Positions 25,700 to 35,745 of a stretch of 36,950 bases of DNA are shown here, one piece after another. How positions within the stretch are numbered: position 1 is the first letter of the stretch; each line of letters opens with the position of its first letter. The notes beneath the pieces are model-generated. The model searched no databases, was not told the DNA's origin, and saw nothing but the letters and a program-made list of their open reading frames with translations. The translations under genes and the position numbers were made by a program. The stretch lies in IMG/VR virus record IMGVR_UViG_3300022858_000223, positions 1 to 36,950 of that record; one strand, given 5' to 3'. The stretch is from a virus. Its lineage: Duplodnaviria > Caudoviricetes.

Positions 25700-28600
25700 A
25701 TGAAAAAAGTATATCTCACAATTTTAACTTTTATACTATTGTTCGGTTTTGGGACAGTAGCTTTTGCTGATTGGCTTGATCCGTTTCTTTCTATCCAAGT
25801 AGGTTCTAGTCCTTCAGCTGATTACATATTACAAACAGATGGAACAGATAGCACTTGGATTCTTCCAAGTAGTATAGCCGGCATAGGTGACTGGATATTC
25901 AATGCTTTTGGTCAGTTAACTCCATCTTCTACTGTTGATGTTTTACTACCAGCTAACGCTACAATAACAGATAATCTATATGTAGGTGGCAATGGCACTT
26001 TTACTGATCTAAACTCTACTAATATAACAGTTGATACGCTTCTTACTCTTGACTATTTAACTCCTGGTTCAATTGCTTATATTGATGGAACTAATAGTTT
26101 GGCTGAGAATAATAGTGATTTATTCTATGATACTACCAATAATAGAATTGGGATTGGAACTAATAGCCCACAAACTAAACTAGAGGTTAGTAGTGGTACT
26201 ACTACTCTTGAATTACTTGATGTTAGTTCTAATAGGATTAAGAATGTTTCAGACCCAGTTGATAGTGGAGATGCTATTAACAAAGCATACTTTGACGCTA
26301 ATGCTACTGGTGGTCTTTCTTGGCAGGAAGCGGTTTTGGATATAATTGATTTTTCTGCTAGTGAACCTGCTGTCCCTACTTTAGGTGATAGATACATTTC
26401 TGACGCTACTTCAACTGCTCTTATTACGAGTCAATTTATGTATAATCAGTTTATTTACGAATGGGACACCATAAGTTGGGCTACTACTACACCAACAAAT
26501 CAGATGGCTTTGAAGAATATTGCTGATGGAATGTTTTATACTTTTAATTCTGATGATTGGAACTGGAATAGTTTAGGTAGTGCTTTTAGTCATAATTCTC
26601 TGCTTGGTTTGCAAGGTGGAGCTAGTAATGAATATTACCACCTTACTTTTAATGAATCAGAAAATATATTTATTAAGGGCGTTGATGATACTGATGATTT
26701 AACAGAAGGCTCTACTAATCTTTTTTATACTAACGCTAGAGTTGATACTAGAGTTCAAGGTCAAGATTATTCTGTTACAGGTGATTGGGACTTTGGACAA
26801 CCTTTAACAGTAGCAGACCCAACAAGTGATTTACACGCTGTTAATCTTGAAACAATGAATTTATATCTTTCAGGGTTAGCTTGGCAAGAGCCAGTAATAG
26901 ATAAAGACCTTTCAACTCCTCCTGGTAGTCCAACACTAGGGGATAGATATATTGTTGCTGGTAGTGCTTCTAATTGGTACAACACCTCTTGGAGCAATAG
27001 ACAGGAACTTGATTTAGCTAATGCAGACGTTACCAGTGCTATGACAGATTATCCAGTGCTTATTAAATTGACTGATAGTGGCAATTCAGTATTTGCAACT
27101 GCCCAGGCTAATGGTAATGATATTTTATTTACTGACGAAGATGGCAATAAACTAAAACACGAACTAGAAGCATTTAACGCTACTGATGAATTGATAGCTC
27201 ACGTTAAAGTTCCCTATCTAAATTCAACCTCTACTACTAATATTTATATGTATTATGGTAATGCTGTTGCTGGAAACCAACAGGAAGTTGCTGATACTTG
27301 GGATAGTGACTACGAGATGGTTTATCATTTTGGAGAAACAAGTGGTAGTGCAGATGACTCAACTGGAGTCTATGATGCTTCAAATACAAACGTATCTTAT
27401 AGTGCTACTGGTAAGATTGGTGATGCTTATGATTATAACGGTTCTAATTCTTATACCGATACAAACTATACAACAAGTTTATCAGCTAGTGATTTTACTA
27501 TTGAGGGTTGGTTTAAAGCAGATTCAACTACTGAAGTTTACGCAATCGCACAGGCACATACTGCTCCTGGTTATTCTTCTGACTTCATATTCTACTATAA
27601 TGGAGCTTCTAATCTTTGGTGGATGAGAAGTAAACAACTAGCTCAACCAGGAGGATTCACTGGTACTAATTGGAATTATATTGTAATGGCTTGGGATGAA
27701 ACTGCTGGTACTTATGAGGGCTTTGTAAATGGTGTTAGTGCTGGAACTTCACCAGTTGTTACTGGTTATGGTGGATTAAACTCAATTAAAATAGGAACTC
27801 GTGGAGATGCTGTATCTTCATTCTGGGGTGGTATTATGGATGAAGTTAAAATATCAGCTTCAATTAGAAGTGATGATTACATTTCAACTACTTTTAACAT
27901 ACAAGACGACCCAGCTAATTTTGTTACTTTCGGAGCTGAAGAAAGTATTTCGGCTAGTGGTGATTGGGCTGGACACGTTGATGACATTACAGAATGGGAT
28001 GGAGTAAGTTGGACTTTCGCTACTCCTGAATCTGGTTGGGCAACAATAGTTACTGATGAAGAATTACAATATACTTTTAATGGTAGTGTTTGGGCTTTAA
28101 GCTCTGGAGCTGTTTCAGCTCATAATGATACTACTGGAAAACAAGGTGGAAAAACTGGTGAGTATTTTCATTGGGAATCAGCCGATTATACGGAAGTTAC
28201 TAGTTGGCTTGATGATGTAGTTTTATCTGATGGTGGTTCTATGAATATTGGAACTGGTGATTTTAATACTACTGGCAATATAGCTACAGTAGAAGATATA
28301 ACAGCTGCAGGAATAATCCAAGGTGAAATGGTACTTGCTAATGGCTCTGGAAGTCACCCATCAGGAATAGGAGCATACCTTGAATTATATGTTTTAAGTG
28401 GAACAACTGCTCGTATTCTTCCTTATGATGGTTCTAGTTATTATGATTTGGCTATTGGAGATTGGAATGGTGGCGACCCAAATATTATGCTTAAAACTGG
28501 TGGTAAGGTAGGAATTAACGAAGGAAGTCCTGAAAAGAAACTACACGTCAATGGTGATGGATATTTTAAAGGTTCAGCCGACACCGAACAATTAACTGTT

Positions 28601-31600
28601 AGAGGTTACTTAAATCAAGCTGATGATATATTTGTTGTAGAAAAGAGTGATGGTACAGATTTATTTACAGTAGATAATCTTGGTAACGCTACTACCACAG
28701 GAGATTTAAAGATTGAAGGTAGTTTATCTATTGATGGCTCTGTTAATTTTGCTACTACAACTTGGACTTTTGATGATGGTAATAACGTAGGCTCATTAGA
28801 ACAAAAAGTTTTTGATTCTAATTCCGTTCCTTACAATGCAGATATTAAAAAAGGAATTGTAATGAGTGTGTTTGGACTTTTAGATTATGGCTATATTTGG
28901 AATACTACTGATGACCAAGGACCATTTATGGCTTTTGGGTCTGAAGATTCAGTTGAAGCAGGTATTATGGGCTATAACACAACTACATCTTCTTTCTCTT
29001 TTGCTAATGTTGTTGTTAAAAGTCCAGGGGTAACAGAAACAGAGCCACTTGAATATATAATATTTGCTTCTGAGGTTATAACTCAAATTGCTTCAACCTC
29101 TGATGCAATATTTGGTATGAATGTTGATGGAACAGATGCTACTTCCGAAGTTAGTTCACAACTAAGACTAAGCTCTACAACTGGTGCTTTACATTTTGAA
29201 AATGCTACTTTATATGACTTTACTGATGATATGCAAATAACTGGTAATGTTCATACTTTTGGCAGTTCTACTACAACTGGTTCTTTATATGTTGGTGCTG
29301 CACCTGGGGCAGGAGATGCTTCTGCTTTGAATTATGATGCTATATCTAGTTTTGGAGTACATACTAGAAACCTTTTTCTTTACGCAGACGACATAACTAC
29401 TGGAACTGCCTATTATAATATCTTTAGTGGTTCAGTAGACGCCCCAACTGATTCTGATGCTAATATGTTTATACTTAAAAATTCATTCACAATCGAAGGA
29501 ACTTCTAACTATACAGGAGCAGTAGTTGGTTTAGATAGTGATTTAACTCAAGAAAGTACTGGTAATGTTAATGCAATGTATGGAAGTAATATAGGAGTTG
29601 AACTTGCCAACACTGGTAATGTGGATACTGTTGTTGGTGGTGCATTTAGTATAGACAATGGTCCAGGTGATACTGATGGTGGTGGAGATATTAATGATGG
29701 TCAAATTGTTGTAGCAGATTATACTTCAAATGATTTAGCAGGTACAAATACCTCTATTAAATTGTTTAATACTGTTATAGACCACCAAAACGGAACTTCG
29801 ACTGATATCTATAATTTTTATTCTAATGCTTTATCATATACAGGTGGAAGGGTTGATAGACATTACGGATTTTATTCTCCAACTGGTTGGGGTACTAGCC
29901 AAGCTACAACATCTTACCCATTATATATTGCTGATGGTACTTCTTACTTAGGTGGTGATTTACTAGTTGGTGGTAACGCAACAACTACTGGTTATATGAG
30001 TTCTTCTCATTTTAAGATAGGGGATAATACTGTTTTGCAAGATGCAGGGACAGATAGTATCTTTGTTGGAATTCGAGCTGGACAAGATAACACTGGATGG
30101 AGTTGTGTAGCAGTAGGTGATGAGGCTTTATTTTCAAGCAATAGCGGTAATTACAATACAGCAGTTGGTCGTTACTCTATGAGAACAAACGATGATGGTA
30201 CTAGGAATACAGCAGATGGCTATCGTTCACTCTATGCAAATATTACTGGTGATGAGAACACAGCAGGTGGTTATCAGGCTCTAACAAAAAGTATAGGTAA
30301 TTTTAATACTTCCTATGGTAGTCAGTCTATTACTCAAAATACTTCTGGAGATTATAACACTGCGGTTGGGTCAATTACTTTTTTAAATAACTTAACTGGT
30401 TCAGGCAATGTAGGGCTTGGTTATTACGCTGGTGCTTATGAAACAGGCTCTAATTCTTTTTATGTAAATAATCAAGATAGAACTGATACTGCTGGAGATA
30501 AAACAAAATCTTTATTATATGGTACATTTGCAGTTGATTCAGCAGACCAACAATTGACAGTTAATGGAAATCTTAATGTTACTGGTAACTCAACTACAAC
30601 TGATTCATTTTATGTTGGTGGGGATTTAGAGGTTGGCGATGATGCTACCATAACTAATAAGCTATATGTTGGCAATCATAAGATTGAATCAGATGCTACT
30701 CTCTCTGCCTTAGCAGTTCAAGGCCAAACTTCTGGACAACCTACATATTTTGCTGTTGGCAATAAAGATGACGACGGAACAGACTACGCTGGACTTGTAG
30801 TGTCTGGAAGAAACGCCTTTACTGATATAGCTAATCGTGAAGTACTTATAATGCAATGGAATACTGGTGGCAAGTATGATATTAATACTTTTGCTGCTGG
30901 TACAGGAACAGCTAGAGATTTAGATATTTATGCAGGTAGTGGCAATGGTGGGCAATTATATTTAGAAGCCGGTGGTGATGTTAGAATCCCAAACTTATAT
31001 TCTACTTCAACTTCAATGACTAATGCTACAACTACTGGCACAATGTCTGCTACAACTATCGAAGTTAATGACGATTACATAACTGACTTTACAGGAACAA
31101 ATCTCTCAGTTACTGCTGGTGTTTTAAATGTTTCTGGAATCAGTAGTGGAAATCCATTTGACCAATGGCTTGATACTACTTCAACAGTTCAATTTGCAAC
31201 TACAACAATAAGTGGAATATTATCATTAAATGATGGTGGTAATTCTACTTATGTTGGTGAATTTGCAGGTGTGGTTGATGACAGAACTGATAATAGAAAC
31301 GTAGGTATGGGAACATATGCTTTGTGGAGAAACACATCAGGTTATCAAAATACAGCAATAGGTCATAGTGCTGGTTCTTCTATCACAGAAGGGTATGGTA
31401 ATGCTACTTTAGGTTATCAGTCAGGAAATTCTCTCTCAACAGGAGATTATAATACACTTATTGGCACTGGTTCAGGGTCAGGTATTGTAGGTGGAAATAA
31501 TAACACAACATTAGGATATAATTCAGGAGATAAAATTACTTCAGGACTTGGAAATACAACTTTGGGTAATAATTCTGGAGACAATATTACTACTGGTGAT

Positions 31601-32995
31601 TATAATATAACTATTGGTACTGTATCTGATGTAGCTAGTGCCACAGCAGATAACCAAATGAATATTGGTAATGTAATTTTTGGTACAAGTATTAATGGGG
31701 CAATAGGAACTGGCAATGTAGGAATAGGAACAGATGCTCCAGGTGCTTTATTAGATGTAAGAGGTGATGCGATTTTTAATGAAGCTGGAGATAATTATGA
31801 TTTTAGGGTGGAAGGATTAACTAATCCAAATATGATAACCATAGATGCATCACAAGATAAAATTTTAATAGGCTCACCAACAAGGACTTCTAATAATAAT
31901 GCAATAATGTTATTTAATACAGTCGAAGACGATTTAATTTCAGCACACCTCTCAAATGTGGAGGGAATAATAGGACACTTCGGAGGAAATGATTTTGGAT
32001 TTTCTGCAAATATAAAACCATCAACAGATGCCCAAATAAGAGCGGGTTATGCAGGTTCAAAAATTGAATCAGGAATTGAATTAATTAAACTAAGCACTAT
32101 GAATACAGCAGGAACTATAACAGAAAGAATGAGGGTTCATACCAACGGCAATGTAGGAATAGGAACAGCTAGTCCTAATGTTACTTTAGATGTTGTGGGA
32201 ACAGCAGCTAATGGAGATGATAAATTCGATATGATGTTAGATTCTCAAACTAATGATGGATTAAGTGGAGGAATGATGCTACGAGGTTTTCTACCTAGAC
32301 TTGCTTTTGATGACCAATCAACTGGAGCTAATTGGATGGATATGCGTATGGATGGTAATGACCTTATTTTCGGAGGTGGTGATAATACAGATATATTTTC
32401 AAGAACTGTTGATAATATTTTATTTTTATCATCTGATACTGGAAATGTAGGGCTTGGAGTAATTAATCCTACAAAGACTTTACAATTAGGAGCAAGTGAT
32501 GATGTTTGGATAACAGATGGTTCTATTTGTGTAGAAAATTCTGGTGGAACTAATTGTGCTGGTTCAACAGATGGTGTAGTTTACGCTGATGACTTTGTAG
32601 AACATTCAAGACCAATACCAGAAGGTGATGCTTTAAGTGTAATTATGAATATGAAGAATAAAGAAGATGGCACACTAGACCATAAGAGTTTTCCTAGTTA
32701 TGTTTCAAATGAAGTTTCTTGGGAAGATACTTACGAATATAAGTATGATGAAAAAGGAGCAACTACTACTGAAACTTTAATTAAGGAGTCTGGAAGCAAA
32801 GTAAATGAGGGTGTTTCTCTTTCAAGTCAGATTAAATATTTGATTAAAGCTGTACAAGAACTATTTACTAAAGTCCAGTTGGCTCTTGGTTGGAATCAAG
32901 ATAATGAAGACAGGATTGAATTGTTAGAAAAAGAGAATGAAGCTCTAAAGACTCGTTTAGATAAATTAGAACTAACTAATGAATTAAGTAAATAG
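25700..32995 (+). CDS. Giant (2431 aa) fibre/adhesin: signal peptide, DUF2793-like repeats, DUF2341 + LamG, NTAxG beta-roll repeats, C-terminal S74-like chaperone/coiled coil
   Basis: Start moved to ATG 25700 (MKKVYLTILTFILLFGFGTVAFA-DW). Motifs: PTLGDRYIV; GNDILFTD...IYMYYGN; FTIEGWFK...GIMDEVKI; GNVGIGT repeats; LIKAVQEL. Confidence 0.85.
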   Translation: MKKVYLTILTFILLFGFGTVAFADWLDPFLSIQVGSSPSADYILQTDGTDSTWILPSSIAGIGDWIFNAFGQLTPSSTVDVLLPANATITDNLYVGGNGTFTDLNSTNITVDTLLTLDYLTPGSIAYIDGTNSLAENNSDLFYDTTNNRIGIGTNSPQTKLEVSSGTTTLELLDVSSNRIKNVSDPVDSGDAINKAYFDANATGGLSWQEAVLDIIDFSASEPAVPTLGDRYISDATSTALITSQFMYNQFIYEWDTISWATTTPTNQMALKNIADGMFYTFNSDDWNWNSLGSAFSHNSLLGLQGGASNEYYHLTFNESENIFIKGVDDTDDLTEGSTNLFYTNARVDTRVQGQDYSVTGDWDFGQPLTVADPTSDLHAVNLETMNLYLSGLAWQEPVIDKDLSTPPGSPTLGDRYIVAGSASNWYNTSWSNRQELDLANADVTSAMTDYPVLIKLTDSGNSVFATAQANGNDILFTDEDGNKLKHELEAFNATDELIAHVKVPYLNSTSTTNIYMYYGNAVAGNQQEVADTWDSDYEMVYHFGETSGSADDSTGVYDASNTNVSYSATGKIGDAYDYNGSNSYTDTNYTTSLSASDFTIEGWFKADSTTEVYAIAQAHTAPGYSSDFIFYYNGASNLWWMRSKQLAQPGGFTGTNWNYIVMAWDETAGTYEGFVNGVSAGTSPVVTGYGGLNSIKIGTRGDAVSSFWGGIMDEVKISASIRSDDYISTTFNIQDDPANFVTFGAEESISASGDWAGHVDDITEWDGVSWTFATPESGWATIVTDEELQYTFNGSVWALSSGAVSAHNDTTGKQGGKTGEYFHWESADYTEVTSWLDDVVLSDGGSMNIGTGDFNTTGNIATVEDITAAGIIQGEMVLANGSGSHPSGIGAYLELYVLSGTTARILPYDGSSYYDLAIGDWNGGDPNIMLKTGGKVGINEGSPEKKLHVNGDGYFKGSADTEQLTVRGYLNQADDIFVVEKSDGTDLFTVDNLGNATTTGDLKIEGSLSIDGSVNFATTTWTFDDGNNVGSLEQKVFDSNSVPYNADIKKGIVMSVFGLLDYGYIWNTTDDQGPFMAFGSEDSVEAGIMGYNTTTSSFSFANVVVKSPGVTETEPLEYIIFASEVITQIASTSDAIFGMNVDGTDATSEVSSQLRLSSTTGALHFENATLYDFTDDMQITGNVHTFGSSTTTGSLYVGAAPGAGDASALNYDAISSFGVHTRNLFLYADDITTGTAYYNIFSGSVDAPTDSDANMFILKNSFTIEGTSNYTGAVVGLDSDLTQESTGNVNAMYGSNIGVELANTGNVDTVVGGAFSIDNGPGDTDGGGDINDGQIVVADYTSNDLAGTNTSIKLFNTVIDHQNGTSTDIYNFYSNALSYTGGRVDRHYGFYSPTGWGTSQATTSYPLYIADGTSYLGGDLLVGGNATTTGYMSSSHFKIGDNTVLQDAGTDSIFVGIRAGQDNTGWSCVAVGDEALFSSNSGNYNTAVGRYSMRTNDDGTRNTADGYRSLYANITGDENTAGGYQALTKSIGNFNTSYGSQSITQNTSGDYNTAVGSITFLNNLTGSGNVGLGYYAGAYETGSNSFYVNNQDRTDTAGDKTKSLLYGTFAVDSADQQLTVNGNLNVTGNSTTTDSFYVGGDLEVGDDATITNKLYVGNHKIESDATLSALAVQGQTSGQPTYFAVGNKDDDGTDYAGLVVSGRNAFTDIANREVLIMQWNTGGKYDINTFAAGTGTARDLDIYAGSGNGGQLYLEAGGDVRIPNLYSTSTSMTNATTTGTMSATTIEVNDDYITDFTGTNLSVTAGVLNVSGISSGNPFDQWLDTTSTVQFATTTISGILSLNDGGNSTYVGEFAGVVDDRTDNRNVGMGTYALWRNTSGYQNTAIGHSAGSSITEGYGNATLGYQSGNSLSTGDYNTLIGTGSGSGIVGGNNNTTLGYNSGDKITSGLGNTTLGNNSGDNITTGDYNITIGTVSDVASATADNQMNIGNVIFGTSINGAIGTGNVGIGTDAPGALLDVRGDAIFNEAGDNYDFRVEGLTNPNMITIDASQDKILIGSPTRTSNNNAIMLFNTVEDDLISAHLSNVEGIIGHFGGNDFGFSANIKPSTDAQIRAGYAGSKIESGIELIKLSTMNTAGTITERMRVHTNGNVGIGTASPNVTLDVVGTAANGDDKFDMMLDSQTNDGLSGGMMLRGFLPRLAFDDQSTGANWMDMRMDGNDLIFGGGDNTDIFSRTVDNILFLSSDTGNVGLGVINPTKTLQLGASDDVWITDGSICVENSGGTNCAGSTDGVVYADDFVEHSRPIPEGDALSVIMNMKNKEDGTLDHKSFPSYVSNEVSWEDTYEYKYDEKGATTTETLIKESGSKVNEGVSLSSQIKYLIKAVQELFTKVQLALGWNQDNEDRIELLEKENEALKTRLDKLELTNELSK

Positions 32996-33092
32996 ATATG
33001 ACAGAAGAAGAAATAAAAAAGAAGATTGAATTTATTGAAGACCTAATTCATCAAGCTGGTCAATCTATTAAAGAATTAAAAAGGGAACAACT

Positions 33093-33395
33093 ATGTCAGA
33101 AGAAAGGTTAGCCGTCATTCAACGCATTGATGATTTTGAAAAGTTCGTTGGTTCAAAATTTGATGACAATAAAGAACAGCATACTACCATAATGAATAAG
33201 CAGGATAAAACAAATGGTAGAGTTAGAAGCCTTGAGATGTGGCGGTCAATGATTATTGGTGGTTTAATAATTCTTAATATGATTGTTGTTCCAATAGGAA
33301 TTTATATTTTAAAAGAAATTTTATCTAATGAAATTATAACAACATCAGCGTGTGCAAATTCAGAAAAACAATTAGCGAAGAATTTAAACTACTAA
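33093..33395 (+). CDS. Single-TM protein, holin/XhlA-like
   Basis: TNGRVRSLEMWR followed by a TM helix; at the start of the lysis region. Confidence 0.55.
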   Translation: MSEERLAVIQRIDDFEKFVGSKFDDNKEQHTTIMNKQDKTNGRVRSLEMWRSMIIGGLIILNMIVVPIGIYILKEILSNEIITTSACANSEKQLAKNLNY

Positions 33396-33553
33396 AGGTA
33401 GAACTTTATTATCTACGGAAACGAATTAAATGGTTAGAAAAGAAAGCTGGAATAAAATGTCCTCATTGTCACTTAGAATATTTAGATAATAACCAAATTG
33501 CCTGTGAAGATTGCGGTAGAGTATGGGACAGGTGGAATGTATTAAGCGAATAA
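33350..33553 (+). CDS. Small coiled-coil plus zinc-ribbon protein
   Basis: CPHC...CEDC; start uncertain. Confidence 0.5.
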   Translation: MCKFRKTISEEFKLLKVELYYLRKRIKWLEKKAGIKCPHCHLEYLDNNQIACEDCGRVWDRWNVLSE

Positions 33554-33554
33554 T

Positions 33555-33659
33555 ATGAAAAACTATTTAAAATCAGACCCAGACCCACCAGTCATTGTCT
33601 TGGTTTCAATTCTAATAGTGATAACGATTGGTTTAGTAATTTACAATCGTTTACAATAG
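33555..33659 (+). CDS. 34-aa single-TM peptide
   Basis: Manual translation MKNYLKSDPDPPVIVLVSILIVITIGLVIYNRLQ. Confidence 0.55.
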   Translation: MKNYLKSDPDPPVIVLVSILIVITIGLVIYNRLQ

Positions 33660-33956
33660 GTGTTTACAATGTTCATTCTATAGGTTTACAATAGTCACTT
33701 GCCAGTTCAGCCTTGTCTGGACTTATCAAAATAAGAGTGCAGTTAGGCTCCTTGTAGGTACCCCCATACAAATAAGGAGCTGAGCTGGGAGGTGATTACA
33801 ATGTTCATTTTAGGGGTTTACAATAGTCATTTCCCAACTTAATTTCTTTGACGGAATCGTGGGCGAAAAGTAGTTTAAGCCACGACCAGCGAAATTCTGG
33901 GTGAAAAAACTAGAAACTATGTTTTAAAGGAATTAAGTCTGGAGGTGATTACTATG
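33659..33956 (+). ncRNA. Two tandem repeat-delimited structured RNA units with stem-sequestered GGAGGTGA
   Basis: ~50-nt imperfect direct repeat at 33659 and 33791 (partial at 33944). Closing stems pair 33692..33711 with 33779..33798, and 33824..33850 with 33925..33951; many G-U pairs favour the + strand. Confidence 0.7.
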
Positions 33957-34145
33957 GACAATGAATGTCTCTGCGAGTTTGCCTCTAGTTGCCCGATTCA
34001 CCAAGACGGACAAGGATGTGTGCTAAAGCACAACCGCATCTGGGTGATGAATTGTAGCGAGTGGCAAAAGTTTGACGAATCGGCGAACGCCACAACAAGA
34101 ATAGAAAGGAAAGTGTTAGTAGCACAAGACGTAGGTTGCGACTGA
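33954..34145 (+). CDS. 63-aa Cys-rich protein with a strong SD
   Basis: GGAGGTG 6 nt upstream of ATG 33954; CLCEFASSCPIH...C...C; GC-richer than neighbours. Confidence 0.6.
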   Translation: MDNECLCEFASSCPIHQDGQGCVLKHNRIWVMNCSEWQKFDESANATTRIERKVLVAQDVGCD

Positions 34146-34164
34146 CGCAAGTTCTTTAAGCTCT

Positions 34165-34236
34165 TGGGATGGAGCATATTATGAAAACCAGCTACGGGGA
34201 CAAATCCGTAGGTCAAATTCAAAAGGCTCCCTCCCA
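34165..34236 (+). ncRNA. Structured element upstream of the lysin
   Basis: TGGGA-T-GGAGC pairs GCTCC-C-TCCCA, enclosing hairpin CTACGGG/TCCGTAG (34192..34211). Confidence 0.5.
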
Positions 34237-34308
34237 CCCTTTTCTTATGAAACTACTACTACAAACAATTGACCATATCAAAGGTATCTTACGATTAATT
34301 TTTACATT

Positions 34309-35352
34309 ATGAAAAATATGGGCTTCAATCCAAAATTAGAAGTAGAACACTCATCTGTAGAGGATTATGTTTTAGGGTCAACCAAAACTTTAACTGGTGT
34401 AGCTGATAAGATTTCTGGTATTGTTGGTGCAGTCTATGCTTGGCCTAGCCCCAAAGATGGTGTTTATCCAAGAGTATTAAATAAAATTAATCACGCTATT
34501 GATTTTGTTAATGAGATGTCAAAAAAATATCTACCAGACGGAACAGTCCAACGAGGGAGTCAAGATTGGATGAACTGTGCTACCAACGCACCTTTAAATG
34601 AGTTAGAAAAACAATTTAACTATGCTATTGAAAAAGGATTTTTTACCGATGGTTTAGTTGAGTGGTTTAAAGAGGTTGGGTTTATTAATAATGGAAAGTT
34701 TGAAATAGCAGATGCTTTCAATACAATACTTTCAGGCACTACAAGAAATGGTAACTCACTTAAATCCCCGATTGAGTCTATAAGAATTGACGGCATAATT
34801 CCTAAGTCAGTATTGCCTGATAGCAAATCAATGAACTGGAGTCAATACCATAATCCAAATAGAGTCACTAACGAGATGCTAGAACTTGGCCAAGAGGTTA
34901 AAAAATATATAGAGTTCGGTTATCAGAAAGTTTCTTATAGTAAATTTAATCAATTCCTAGATATTAAGTGGGATATAATGGATAGTTATGTTGATAGGGT
35001 AGACGGTGACTTTATAAAGAGATTGGCATCAAATTATAATATAATGTCTTATGGATATCACCTAACTATTAACCAAATTAATGAACCTAAAAAAGAGGAA
35101 AATAATATGAAAGTAGAAATTGAAGTAGTTAAAAAACTTAATTCACCAGACTATCTTTTACGAGATAAAAAAGAACCTAGTATATGGCACAGACTTGGTA
35201 ATGAAAAAGTATTTACAGCTATAGCAGGGGACTTCCCTGAAGAAATTGAGGAGTTAGATATTGCTGACGAGAATATTAAAGATCCAATTTACTTTAGCAG
35301 TTCTTTACTAGATATAATTGTTAGTTTCTTTTCTAAACTAAAAGGTAATTAA
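34309..35352 (+). CDS. Papain-like (C1-type) cysteine peptidase, putative lysin
   Basis: Q...MNCATNA (catalytic Cys region), SGTTRNGN..SIRIDGIIP, WDIMDSY and INHAI; flanked by holin-like genes. Confidence 0.6.
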   Translation: MKNMGFNPKLEVEHSSVEDYVLGSTKTLTGVADKISGIVGAVYAWPSPKDGVYPRVLNKINHAIDFVNEMSKKYLPDGTVQRGSQDWMNCATNAPLNELEKQFNYAIEKGFFTDGLVEWFKEVGFINNGKFEIADAFNTILSGTTRNGNSLKSPIESIRIDGIIPKSVLPDSKSMNWSQYHNPNRVTNEMLELGQEVKKYIEFGYQKVSYSKFNQFLDIKWDIMDSYVDRVDGDFIKRLASNYNIMSYGYHLTINQINEPKKEENNMKVEIEVVKKLNSPDYLLRDKKEPSIWHRLGNEKVFTAIAGDFPEEIEELDIADENIKDPIYFSSSLLDIIVSFFSKLKGN

Positions 35353-35367
35353 TTAAGATAAAATTGT

Positions 35368-35598
35368 ATGAACGAACAACTTAAAAAGAGACTGTTATCT
35401 CTATTATGGAGAATGGGAGCTGTAGGTGCTGTAGCAGCAATTGCTGTCCTCACAAAAGCGTTACCTGAGTTAGCAGACTTAGGTGTCCCAGGTTTAGTCA
35501 CAGCTTTCCTTGGTTTAGCTGTAGCAGAAATAACCAAATTTTTAAACAAGAAGTACAAATTGGGTGGTAAAGTTTTAGGTGCTATTAAAAGAAGTTAA
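35368..35598 (+). CDS. Putative holin (2 TM)
   Basis: Two hydrophobic helices and basic C-tail; directly after the peptidase. Confidence 0.7.
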   Translation: MNEQLKKRLLSLLWRMGAVGAVAAIAVLTKALPELADLGVPGLVTAFLGLAVAEITKFLNKKYKLGGKVLGAIKRS

Positions 35599-35615
35599 TT
35601 ATTAAATACTAATTT

Positions 35616-35696
35616 ATGATTGACGAAGAAAAACAAGAAGAAGTAGCTGAAGAAGCTACAGAAGAAGAAGTGGAAGCAGATGTTCCTACTTTGTAG
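35616..35696 (+). CDS. 26-aa very acidic peptide
   Basis: MIDEEKQEEVAEEATEEEVEADVPTL by manual translation. Confidence 0.4.
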   Translation: MIDEEKQEEVAEEATEEEVEADVPTL

Positions 35697-35698
35697 GT

Positions 35699-35745
35699 AA
35701 AAAAAAGACCGTATAATTTGCCTTATTTTATACGGTCTTTTTTTT
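35699..35745. terminator. Bidirectional intrinsic terminator between the convergent arms
   Basis: A-tract + GACCGTATA / TATACGGTC + T-tract. Confidence 0.85.

Noticed and set aside
33659-33956. Mini-CRISPR array
   Set aside because: Only two imperfect repeats plus a fragment; the 80-100 nt spacers are self-structured; no cas genes.
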